Shown piece after piece: positions 47,435 through 56,278 of a DNA stretch of 64,000 bases. Source of the DNA: Candidatus Aceula lacicola (GTDB taxonomy: Bacteria > Omnitrophota > Gorgyraeia > Zapsychrales > Aceulaceae); contig JAVCCC010000044.1 of assembly GCA_030765785.1 (NCBI GenBank), positions 1,417-65,416 of the forward strand, in the 5' to 3' direction. The notes below the pieces were generated by a model, which worked only from the letters and a program-made list of their open reading frames with translations, did not search any database and had not been told where the DNA came from. Positions within the stretch are counted from its first letter, which is position 1; each line of letters starts with the position of its first letter. The position numbers and the translations under genes are program-made.

Positions 47435-50400
47435 TTATCCAATGCTTGTAATTGGAAAAGTGACAAAAAACTTAGTCCCTTTACCAACTTCGCTCTCAAC
47501 GCTTATCTTGCCGCCATGCCTTTCGAGAATCATATACGCCGTGCTTAAGCCAAGTCCAGTTCCCTTGCCCGGTTCTTTTGTCGTATAAAATGGTTCAAAG
47601 ATTTTCTTTTGAACCTCTTCTGTCATTCCTTCTCCTGTATCTAAAACCTCAATAATCACTTCTTTTTTATTTTCCTCTGCAATTTCTGAAACATATGTCT
47701 TTACTCTAATCTCTCCATTGCTTTCAATAGCATCAGCAGCATTGCCGAATAGATTAAAAAAAACTTGTTCAAGCAAAATTTTGTCAGCCTGCACGACAAC
47801 GTCTTTGTTTATGAATTCCGTATTAAAAACAACATCTTTATTTTTTAGTGTTCTTCCGACGAGCGAAATAACATTATTTAATGCCTGATGTAAAGAAACG
47901 TCAGATAACTCAAGCTGAGAGTATCTTGAAAAGTTAAGAAGTTCCACAACAACCTTGTTTGCGCGCTCAGCCGCATCATTGATCATCTTCAGATGTTTTT
48001 TCCCTTCGCCACCTAAATCTCGTATCGTTGACTCTAGCGCGCCAACACTCAACAAAATAATGGCTAAAGGATTTTTCACTTCATGGGCAACACCCGCAGA
48101 AAGCTGACCAATAGCTGCCATCTTTTCTGACTGCAAAAGTTGCTGCTGCGCTTCTTTTAGCCGCTTATGTACCTTTTGAAGATCTAAAAACATCGATTCA
48201 AGCTTCTGCTCTGCATCTTTGCGCTCTGTGACATCTACTCCAACACATAAAATTTCCTTTATGCCAGAATCTACCACAATAGCTTTATTTGTCCAAGCAA
48301 CCCACATCCTGCTTCCGTCTTTACGCATATTTTGATTTTCATTACTCGCATATCTCTCTGAATAACTACAAATGTCATCAATCATGCGCCTTAAATCTTG
48401 GCCCGAATCATCCGTAGCCGGAACAATCGTTCCGATAACACTCTTTCCTAAAATTTCGTTTTCTTCGTACCCGAAAAATTTCTGAGCGAAATCATTTACA
48501 AAAGAAATTTTTCCTTCTTCATCCATGCGCAAAATAATACTATTAGCACTTTGAACAAGCTCTCGATATTTTTCCTCACTCTTTTTAAGTGCCTTCTCAT
48601 CCCCCTTACGTTTTGTCACATCACTCATTGTTCCAATCATCCGATTGGCAACACCCTGTTCGTCTACCAAAAAGACACCGTGCTCCTCAATATAAATATA
48701 CTTACCATCCTTTTTACACAATTGATATTCAATGTCATAAGGTTGCAAATCTTTCATTTTCTCGTTAAGCGCAGTTACAGTCTCAGCTCTATCGTCTGGG
48801 TGAATATATTGAACCCATTCCGCCAAACCAACATGTGCATACTCTTCTGGGGTGTATCCTGTTACTTCTTCAATAGCGCCTAACCAATAAATTTTTCCTG
48901 AAATAATATCATAGTCATAAACAAGCTGCCCAGTCTGTTCAGCCATAATACGATAACGATTTTCACTTGTGACAAGATCTTCCTCTGTCTGAATGCGTGC
49001 AATCACACCTCCTAAACGCGAGGCAATAATTTCAATAGCATTACGCGTTAAAAGAGAAGTCGCTTTGTGAAAATGAGAAGCAAGAAAAATAACGGATACC
49101 ACTTCTCCTCGATCTTCAACAGGAATAATTGCCATGGCGCGCAGACCTTCATTGTGACGAATTTCATCCATTTCAGATGCAATTTCTGAATGAAGCCCAT
49201 AAACCGCACGTCCTTCTAAAACAGACTGAACTTTGTTCATATTGATATTTAAATTCTCGCAAGTAGCTGCAAATTCCTCAGTAAACCCTTTTTGAATAAT
49301 CATTTGAGGCTCTTTTGTTTCCCTTCCAATCAAATAAATGCCACCGCAATCAAACTCTTCAATTTGCAACATAATATGAAGAAAGTCTTCAGCGGCATTC
49401 TTTAAGCTATGCCTCGAAGATAGCATAATCCCCAAATCTCTTTGAAGAGATATAACCTTCTCATTCTTCCTGCGATCTGTGACATCCTCCCCTGAACTTA
49501 AAATACCGATACACTTGCCGTCTTCTCCTTTAAGTACTGAATTGCTCCAAAGAATGACTTTTTCTTCTCCTCGCTTCGTTAAGATAGAATTTTCATAATA
49601 ACGTAAAAGTTCCGATTCTCCAGCTATCAAGCGATTATGAACTTCTTTAATTCGCCCTGCGCTCTTATGAGGCAAAAATAAATCAAACCAGTTCTTCCCA
49701 AATATTTCTTCTTTTTTATAGCCTAAAATTTCACATCCTCTCTCGTTGATCAAAACAATGTTTCCCTCTTTGTCTAGCGCGACCATCATCACGCCGGCAA
49801 CATCCAAATATTGTTTCGTTAAATCTTTTTCTCTTCGAAGGGCTTGCTCAACCTTCTCTCGATTCAAAACTTCACAATCAAGATCATTCTTGCTTGCCGT
49901 AATATCTTTAAGATTTATCGTCATCCGATTAAACGCTTCAGCCAATTCACCAAACTCATCCTGCACGTCAATCTGAATCACTGTATCCAAATTTCCTTTT
50001 CCTATTTCCGATGCCGCATTCTTAAGCTTAATCAGCTCTTTTGAAATCGAATTAGAAATCAAGAAACCGATAAGAACAGATAACGCCATAGAAATTAAAG
50101 AGACCAAAAGCATAATACTTTTTATCCGATTCACATCAGAAAAAACTTCATTACCTTGATAAGACGAAACTAAAAGCCATCCTAACCCCTTGTAATCACC
50201 AAACCCTTTCGATTGCGAGTAGGAAACAAGCTTTACTTCTCGATCTTTTTCTTTTACAACAAAATAACGAGGCTGGGCATGCAAAAATTGTTCAAAAAAC
50301 GAAAAAGAACCCTGAACAGAAGCTGTTTTTACGGGATGCATCTTAAAAGGGTAGATTAATTCTCCATTTCTTGTAAAAAGCTGAAAATCTGGAATCGCAA

Positions 50401-51127
50401 TTTTCGATCCCACAAGTTCCTGCGTTTGCTCAATTTCAGCCTGCTCAACAGAATCAATAATCTGAAAAACTCCCTCAAGATTAAAAACAACTTTCAAAAC
50501 ACCTAAGAACTTTCCATTGGCATCATTAATTCTCAAACAAAAATTAATAGCAGTCATGTTAGAGCTTTTATCAAAATTAACATCCTCCACAAAAATCCCT
50601 TTTTCTTTCGCCTGAATCCACCAATCTTCATCAGCCTGATAATAATCAGTGGTCTTACCCGTTTGCGCAACATTAATACCATATTGATTTGTAACAAAAG
50701 CCTCTCCAAAAACAGGATACCCATATTCACCCGAATAAAACGCCAATCGATTCTTAAGAATCTGTGCTAAAGGATTTTCCGAGAGATCTCGGACAAATGT
50801 TGGGACTTCGCCTTGTTCATTTTTTTTCCAAAATTCTTCGTGCTGCTCAATATATAAAAAGAGATTATCAATTCGAGAAAATTCTTGATTAGAGTCTTGA
50901 AGGCTTGTTTGAAGCTCTGGATTAAAAAGAATTTCACGAAATACTTGGATCTTATTAAAAATATCTCTGTCAATTTTGCCCAATGCTGTTCTGGTCAAAA
51001 CCACAGAGTTTCTTCCAATGTTTTTCTTAAGCGCCTTATAGCTTATGCTTGTTGCCACATACCCAGCAACCGCCATGAGAAAAACAACAACTAAAAAACC
51101 TAAGATTAACTTAATGCCTATTTTCAT
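47435..51127 (-). CDS. Large multi-PAS sensor histidine kinase (transmembrane segments, periplasmic Cache-like domain, HAMP, three or more PAS/GAF, HisKA, HATPase; no receiver)
   Basis: 1230 aa. The HEVKNPLAII H-box is nearly identical to that of the neighbouring kinase. ATPase motifs DTGEGM and GTGLGLS. Confidence 0.88.
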   Translation of the reverse strand: MKIGIKLILGFLVVVFLMAVAGYVATSISYKALKKNIGRNSVVLTRTALGKIDRDIFNKIQVFREILFNPELQTSLQDSNQEFSRIDNLFLYIEQHEEFWKKNEQGEVPTFVRDLSENPLAQILKNRLAFYSGEYGYPVFGEAFVTNQYGINVAQTGKTTDYYQADEDWWIQAKEKGIFVEDVNFDKSSNMTAINFCLRINDANGKFLGVLKVVFNLEGVFQIIDSVEQAEIEQTQELVGSKIAIPDFQLFTRNGELIYPFKMHPVKTASVQGSFSFFEQFLHAQPRYFVVKEKDREVKLVSYSQSKGFGDYKGLGWLLVSSYQGNEVFSDVNRIKSIMLLVSLISMALSVLIGFLISNSISKELIKLKNAASEIGKGNLDTVIQIDVQDEFGELAEAFNRMTINLKDITASKNDLDCEVLNREKVEQALRREKDLTKQYLDVAGVMMVALDKEGNIVLINERGCEILGYKKEEIFGKNWFDLFLPHKSAGRIKEVHNRLIAGESELLRYYENSILTKRGEEKVILWSNSVLKGEDGKCIGILSSGEDVTDRRKNEKVISLQRDLGIMLSSRHSLKNAAEDFLHIMLQIEEFDCGGIYLIGRETKEPQMIIQKGFTEEFAATCENLNINMNKVQSVLEGRAVYGLHSEIASEMDEIRHNEGLRAMAIIPVEDRGEVVSVIFLASHFHKATSLLTRNAIEIIASRLGGVIARIQTEEDLVTSENRYRIMAEQTGQLVYDYDIISGKIYWLGAIEEVTGYTPEEYAHVGLAEWVQYIHPDDRAETVTALNEKMKDLQPYDIEYQLCKKDGKYIYIEEHGVFLVDEQGVANRMIGTMSDVTKRKGDEKALKKSEEKYRELVQSANSIILRMDEEGKISFVNDFAQKFFGYEENEILGKSVIGTIVPATDDSGQDLRRMIDDICSYSERYASNENQNMRKDGSRMWVAWTNKAIVVDSGIKEILCVGVDVTERKDAEQKLESMFLDLQKVHKRLKEAQQQLLQSEKMAAIGQLSAGVAHEVKNPLAIILLSVGALESTIRDLGGEGKKHLKMINDAAERANKVVVELLNFSRYSQLELSDVSLHQALNNVISLVGRTLKNKDVVFNTEFINKDVVVQADKILLEQVFFNLFGNAADAIESNGEIRVKTYVSEIAEENKKEVIIEVLDTGEGMTEEVQKKIFEPFYTTKEPGKGTGLGLSTAYMILERHGGKISVESEVGKGTKFFVTFPITSIG

Positions 51128-51129
51128 AA

Positions 51130-52176
51130 TTATGCGCTAAAATACGCTCCCAATAAAAAAACACCAACAGCCATTAAAAAAGAAAATAAACTTACCGCAA
51201 ATGCTTTCATTCCTTCTTTCGAGAATACATTTCTTAAGCTTGCATTTAACCCAATCGCCGCCATAGCAGTACTCCAAAATAACGTCAAAACAATTTTTAA
51301 TACTGGACGCAAAAACCCAACAGCTGGGAAAAAAGTAAAAATCAATCCACCCAATAAAAATCCCCATAGATACCAGGGAATATAAAACTTTCCTTTAGAA
51401 AAGCTCGCAAAAAGAGGAATTAAAAATAACAATCCTGCATACCGAATTGCCTTAACAGAAATCGCCAAAGACTTTATATGACTTGGAAAATCTCGAACAG
51501 CGACCTTTACAAATCCAGTAAACTGCAAAACGCTCCCAGAAAGAACACCATAGTTTACATCTGACATTTTGAGCCAAGCAGAAACTAGCGGCAAAACAAT
51601 AAATAATCCGATCATCCCTGATATAAAAATTGGGACCAGACTGACAGAAACTTCATCAGAATCAGCATCGATAGCCTTAGAGGCAATCACAATCGCAGAA
51701 GCACCGCAAATGGTGGAGCCAGTTGTCAAAAGATATCCCACTTTTTCCTTAAGCTTCAAAAGTGAAGATAAAAAAAGCGCCGTAATAATATAAATAATAA
51801 AGACGAACAAAATTAGAAAAATAAAATCAAACTCAATGGATGAAAATACTTTAAAATTTAAATTAACGCACCCATACAAAACGACTCCAATTGGAATCAA
51901 TAAGGCAGGGGCAGAATTGATGCTAGAAGAATATTGATTGGGAATACGAAAAAAAGAATTGATAAAAATACCTAACAACATAGCTATAAAAAGAGGATCA
52001 AGTAAAGGATTTGCGGTAATCTTTTGAAGTGCAAAAGCCACAAGTCCAATAATAAAAGCCAGAACAATACCGCATTTATTTTCCAGCGTTTTCTTTCGAT
52101 TTTCCACAGCATACCTCTTCTCTTTAAGTTCGACTTTAATATGCGAACTCATTATACCGCAAAAGCTTATAAACAA
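51130..52176 (-). CDS. Polytopic membrane protein (YeiH/UPF0324-like putative transporter; uncertain)
   Basis: 348 aa with about 10 transmembrane helices. Confidence 0.45.
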   Translation of the reverse strand: MFISFCGIMSSHIKVELKEKRYAVENRKKTLENKCGIVLAFIIGLVAFALQKITANPLLDPLFIAMLLGIFINSFFRIPNQYSSSINSAPALLIPIGVVLYGCVNLNFKVFSSIEFDFIFLILFVFIIYIITALFLSSLLKLKEKVGYLLTTGSTICGASAIVIASKAIDADSDEVSVSLVPIFISGMIGLFIVLPLVSAWLKMSDVNYGVLSGSVLQFTGFVKVAVRDFPSHIKSLAISVKAIRYAGLLFLIPLFASFSKGKFYIPWYLWGFLLGGLIFTFFPAVGFLRPVLKIVLTLFWSTAMAAIGLNASLRNVFSKEGMKAFAVSLFSFLMAVGVFLLGAYFSA

Positions 52177-52200
52177 AAACGACTTTTTAAAATCCCGTTG

Positions 52201-52425
52201 CTATAGCCTTTCAAAGAGAATGAACTTTTCAGAGGCGCAAGACTGAGCGCAACTTGCACATGATGCTGATCGGCATTCAATACTTTTCTTTCGAATAACT
52301 CCTTTTTTAATCAAAATATCAAGCATTTTCTCCATAGCCGTTGGATCGACTTGAAAATGAATAGAGAGTTCTTCCAAAGATAAAATTTTTTGCTTTTCAA
52401 ATAGTTCTTTTATTTTAATAAGCAT
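52201..52425 (-). CDS. feoC: FeoC-like small winged-helix protein with a Cys cluster
   Basis: 74 aa, immediately downstream of feoB. CRSASCASCAQSC cluster. Confidence 0.5.
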   Translation of the reverse strand: MLIKIKELFEKQKILSLEELSIHFQVDPTAMEKMLDILIKKGVIRKKSIECRSASCASCAQSCASEKFILFERL

Positions 52426-52438
52426 ATTAATATTTATA

Positions 52439-54700
52439 TTAATTATTATTTTTTGACAAAATCCTTAAAAAAGTAAAAAATACAAAAAACATCACTCCAA
52501 CAAACGCAATCCACCCTAATGATTCTTCCGGATGCACAGAAAACCGAGCTACCTGATAAAACAAAACAGCTGCAGACCATCCCAGCAAGGAAGAATAAAA
52601 AATACTGAACAATGTCCACCTCAAATTTAGCTCAGCATAGATAGCAGCAACAGTTGCGATACAAGGCATATATAAAAGGATCATCAAGAGATATGCAAAC
52701 GCTCCAGCTTTTCCATCAAAATTATTAACCAAAGAAGATCGAAAATCTTCTGATGCATCATACCCTTTGGCATCGCCTTTTTTTTCTTTAACAAAAACCG
52801 GAAGATTTAATTGTCTTATATTCTCTGAAATAGATAAGAATGCCTGCTTTATATTCGACCCAAAATTAAAATCTTCATCGAGGCCTTCTCTGCTTTCAGT
52901 CTTCCTATACAATGAATCCAATGTGCCAATAACAGACTCTTTAGCAAAAACTCCAGTAAAAGTTCCAACAACAGCCGGCCAATTAGCTTCCCTTATCCCC
53001 ATTGGTTTAAAAATTGGAAGCGCAAATTGTCCAACCTGTTTTAAAATAGAATCTTTTTGTTGCCCTTTTGAATTTAATCCACCTCCAAGAGCATACAAAA
53101 GATTTAAAATAACCACAACAAAGAGAATGACTTTTCCTGCTTTTAGGATAAATCCTTTGAGCCTCTCCCATGTGTGAACCAAAATTCCTTTTAAGGTCGG
53201 TTTATGATACGGAGGGAGCTCCATGATAAAGGTTGAAGGCTCTCCTTTCAAAACAGTATTTTTAAGCAAAAATGCCGTCATAACCGCGCAAAGGATTCCA
53301 ATCATATATAAAGCAAAAATAACCAAGCCTCCATTGGAAGGAAAAAAAGCGGCGGCAAACACAGCATACACGGGAAGCCTGGCTCCACAGGATATAAAAG
53401 GATTAATCACAATGGCTAACGTGCGATCACGAACACTTTCCAGTGTTCTCGTCGACATAATCGCGGGTACATTACACCCAAAGCCCATCAACATTGAAAC
53501 AAATGCTTTTCCTGGAAGCCCTACAGCACGCATCGCTGAATCCATGACAAAAGCAGCTCGCGCCATATATCCCGAGTCTTCTAAAATTGCTAAACAAAAA
53601 AACATAAAAAATATCGTTGGGATAAACGTTGAGACAGTTTGAATCCCTCCTCCTACTCCATCAGCTAAAAATATCTTAACGATCTCTGGCACATGCATAA
53701 ACGTCAAGACAGCTCGGAATCCATCAACAAAAATCGTGCCAGACAAAGAATTAAAAAAATCAATAAAACATCCTCCAAAGCTAATCGTAATCCAGAACGT
53801 TAAATACATAGCTAAAAGAAAAATAGGAATACCTAAATATCGATTAAGAACAAACTTGTCGATCAAATCAGAAATATCTTTTTTAGCCAATCTTTTTTTA
53901 TTAATAACCTTCTTACATACAGAATTAATAAATCCATATCGGCTATCCGCAATAATAACATCTGCGTCTTCTCCTAGGATTTCCTTAGATCTTTGCTTCA
54001 CGCGATCAAGGATATCCGTCAAAGAATTCTTGCCACGTATCTCTTTTAAAAAATCTTCTTCCTCTAAAAGCCTGATAGCCACCCATCGAATATTATTAAA
54101 ATCTTTTTGAACATCCAAAGTATTCTTGAGCTGCGATGCAATCTCCGAAATGCCTTGCTCAATCTCATCTGGAAAATAAATATTTGCTCTAGAAATTATT
54201 TTCTTGTTTAGAGCCTCTTCAATTAAGTCTTTTACATCATCAATACCTTGATTTTTACTTGCAACAGTACAGGCAATCGGCATATCTAAGTCTCTTGAAA
54301 GCTCTTCAATTTTGATGCGAATTCCGAGATCCTTCACAATATCCATCTTATTTAAAATGACAACGCATGGAACCTGCATCTCAATAAGCTGAGTTGTGAG
54401 ATATAAATTGCGCTCAAGACTTGACGCATCAACAATGTTAATCACCAAATCTGGCTTTTGGGTAAAAATATTTTCTCTAGCAATCTTCTCGTCTAGAGAA
54501 GATGCTGATAAAGAATAAATTCCAGGAAGGTCGACGACCCGGACAGATCTCCCTTGATGCGTATAGTTTCCTTCTTCGCGCGAAACCGTAACGCCTGGCC
54601 AATTGCCAACTTCTAGACGAGACTTTGTTAGACTATTAAATAATGAAGTTTTGCCGCAATTTGGATTTCCAACCACAGCAACAGTTAATTTTTTCTGCAT
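52439..54700 (-). CDS. feoB: Ferrous iron transporter FeoB
   Basis: 753 aa. N-terminal G-domain (VAVVGNPNCGKTSLFN) plus polytopic permease. Confidence 0.93.
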   Translation of the reverse strand: MQKKLTVAVVGNPNCGKTSLFNSLTKSRLEVGNWPGVTVSREEGNYTHQGRSVRVVDLPGIYSLSASSLDEKIARENIFTQKPDLVINIVDASSLERNLYLTTQLIEMQVPCVVILNKMDIVKDLGIRIKIEELSRDLDMPIACTVASKNQGIDDVKDLIEEALNKKIISRANIYFPDEIEQGISEIASQLKNTLDVQKDFNNIRWVAIRLLEEEDFLKEIRGKNSLTDILDRVKQRSKEILGEDADVIIADSRYGFINSVCKKVINKKRLAKKDISDLIDKFVLNRYLGIPIFLLAMYLTFWITISFGGCFIDFFNSLSGTIFVDGFRAVLTFMHVPEIVKIFLADGVGGGIQTVSTFIPTIFFMFFCLAILEDSGYMARAAFVMDSAMRAVGLPGKAFVSMLMGFGCNVPAIMSTRTLESVRDRTLAIVINPFISCGARLPVYAVFAAAFFPSNGGLVIFALYMIGILCAVMTAFLLKNTVLKGEPSTFIMELPPYHKPTLKGILVHTWERLKGFILKAGKVILFVVVILNLLYALGGGLNSKGQQKDSILKQVGQFALPIFKPMGIREANWPAVVGTFTGVFAKESVIGTLDSLYRKTESREGLDEDFNFGSNIKQAFLSISENIRQLNLPVFVKEKKGDAKGYDASEDFRSSLVNNFDGKAGAFAYLLMILLYMPCIATVAAIYAELNLRWTLFSIFYSSLLGWSAAVLFYQVARFSVHPEESLGWIAFVGVMFFVFFTFLRILSKNNN

Positions 54701-54704
54701 ATTT

Positions 54705-55397
54705 TTAAGGTTTATGAACTAAGATTTGTTTTGCTTCGCCACGACCAATGGCAATGCGTGCATCTTTAAGCTCTAAAACAATTGGACCAAAATGAGAATT
54801 TTTAACAATTTTAAAATCTCCGCTAGGGACAAGGCCCAAGTCCGTTAGACGCTTACGAAGGCTTGCGCCTCCATCTATTCTTGCTAACCGAACAATTTGG
54901 TTTTCGGAAACAAGCGTAACAGGAATAACTTCGTTGGATGTTTGTTGGCATTGCTCGCAAATGCCATAAACTTCTAGCTTATGGAATAGCGGTCGACACC
55001 CTTTTTGAAAAATCAAAGAATTCTGAAGCGATTCAAGCTGATCACTTGTAAACTCCATAACTTTCTTACATTTTACACAAACGAAATGATCATGATGATT
55101 CTCAGGATGCAAATGTTCATAACGCTTAAAATCTTCTCCTTCGAATTGAAGCTCAGAAGCAAACCCAATCTCAGAAAACAGCTTTAATGACTTTTCAGTG
55201 TCTGCCTTACTTACATTAATTCCTTTGCCTTGAAGAATTTGGTAAAAATCATCGACTGATATATGTTTTTCACAGGTAGAAAATTCTTGTACAATGCCAG
55301 GGCAAATGCTTTTATCAATACGCCCTTTTTTGTGCAAAAGATCACAAAGATGATCCTGAACCTCTTTTGAAATAATATAAAAATCTCCGTATAGCAT
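54705..55397 (-). CDS. Fur-like metal-sensor domain fused to a C-terminal FeoA domain
   Basis: HHDHFVCVKCKKVMEF ... CEQC (Fur structural-site signature), followed by an FeoA SH3-like domain (IVRLARIDGGASLRKRLTDLGLVPSG). Confidence 0.65.
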   Translation of the reverse strand: MLYGDFYIISKEVQDHLCDLLHKKGRIDKSICPGIVQEFSTCEKHISVDDFYQILQGKGINVSKADTEKSLKLFSEIGFASELQFEGEDFKRYEHLHPENHHDHFVCVKCKKVMEFTSDQLESLQNSLIFQKGCRPLFHKLEVYGICEQCQQTSNEVIPVTLVSENQIVRLARIDGGASLRKRLTDLGLVPSGDFKIVKNSHFGPIVLELKDARIAIGRGEAKQILVHKP

Positions 55398-55399
55398 AA

Positions 55400-55879
55400 T
55401 TATCCTCTTGTCCTTCTTTTAAAACTTTGATTATTTTTACAATATTGACGAAAATCAGAGAGCCATTTAGCATGGCGACCTTCGTCAATAAATTTTAGAA
55501 ATTTTGATAATTTTTCAAACGTATGTGAACCAATCGCATGCTCAATTTTACATGCATCTTGTGAAGCATTTTTCTTATCAACCCCTAAAATTTCATTGAT
55601 AAAACGGATAAGCGTTTTATGCCTTTTGTAAATAAACTTTGCTTGTCTTTTTCCTTGCCCTGTCAACTGCACATCGCCATAACGCTCGTGAACCACATAG
55701 CCGTTTTCTGAAAGAAACCTTAAAGCGCTTGTTGTGCTTGATGTTTTGACATTCATCAGCTGACTTAAATCACGCACACGGACAATACCTTTTGTTTCTT
55801 TAAGCACAAGAATACATTCAAGATAATCTTCCATGCTTGAGCTTAATATATTTTCTCGTCTTTCTTTAACTTCAATCAT
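55400..55879 (-). CDS. DtxR/MntR-family metal-dependent repressor
   Basis: 159 aa. N-terminal HTH (EDYLECILVLKETKGIVRVRDLSQLMNVKTSSTTSALRFLSENGYV). AAGGAGAG Shine-Dalgarno. Confidence 0.82.
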   Translation of the reverse strand: MIEVKERRENILSSSMEDYLECILVLKETKGIVRVRDLSQLMNVKTSSTTSALRFLSENGYVVHERYGDVQLTGQGKRQAKFIYKRHKTLIRFINEILGVDKKNASQDACKIEHAIGSHTFEKLSKFLKFIDEGRHAKWLSDFRQYCKNNQSFKRRTRG

Positions 55880-55904
55880 AATCTATTCTAATCTCTCCTT
55901 AAAA

Positions 55905-55922
55905 TGTTAGACAAGTCTAACA
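55905..55922. promoter_or_regulatory. Palindromic operator TGTTAGAC-AA-GTCTAACA (8-bp perfect arms), a putative DtxR-family box
   Basis: Read directly. It lies about 25 nt upstream of the dtxR-family ATG and loosely resembles the DtxR/IdeR box TTAGGTTAGCCTAACCTAA. Confidence 0.5.
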
Positions 55923-56034
55923 AATTAAACATAAAATGTCAAGTTTTTAAGAAATCCTAAATTTAACTATTGTGTTATAAAGAAAATATGTTACAATTTC
56001 ATTTAGTAAAGCATTTTAAGGAAAGGATGTTGCA

Positions 56035-56205
56035 ATGGCTCACAAAATTACAGAAAAATGTACTGCATGCGGAACATGTGTTCCAGAATGTCCAGTAGAA
56101 GCGATCAACGTTGGCGATCCTATCTACACAATTGATGCTGAAAAATGCATCGACTGCGGCGCTTGCGTAAGCGTATGTCCTACCGAAGCGATTGTCGCTG
56201 AATAA
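56035..56205 (+). CDS. 2x[4Fe-4S] ferredoxin (56 aa; missing from the ORF track because it is under 60 aa)
   Basis: MAHKITEKCTACGTCVPECPVEAINVGDPIYTIDAEKCIDCGACVSVCPTEAIVAE contains two CxxCxxCxxxCP motifs. GGAAAGGA Shine-Dalgarno. Confidence 0.85.
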   Translation: MAHKITEKCTACGTCVPECPVEAINVGDPIYTIDAEKCIDCGACVSVCPTEAIVAE

Positions 56206-56215
56206 ATTTTTTTAA

Positions 56216-56256
56216 AAAGGGCTAGCTTCTAATAAAGAAACTAGCCCTTTTTTTAT
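56216..56256. terminator. Bidirectional rho-independent terminator between the ferredoxin gene (+) and the phoH-like gene (-)
   Basis: AAAGGGCTAGC-ttctaataaagaaa-CTAGCCCTTT followed by T7, with A-runs on the other side. Confidence 0.8.
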
Positions 56257-56278
56257 TTCTTTCCCCAAAAAATCTTAT

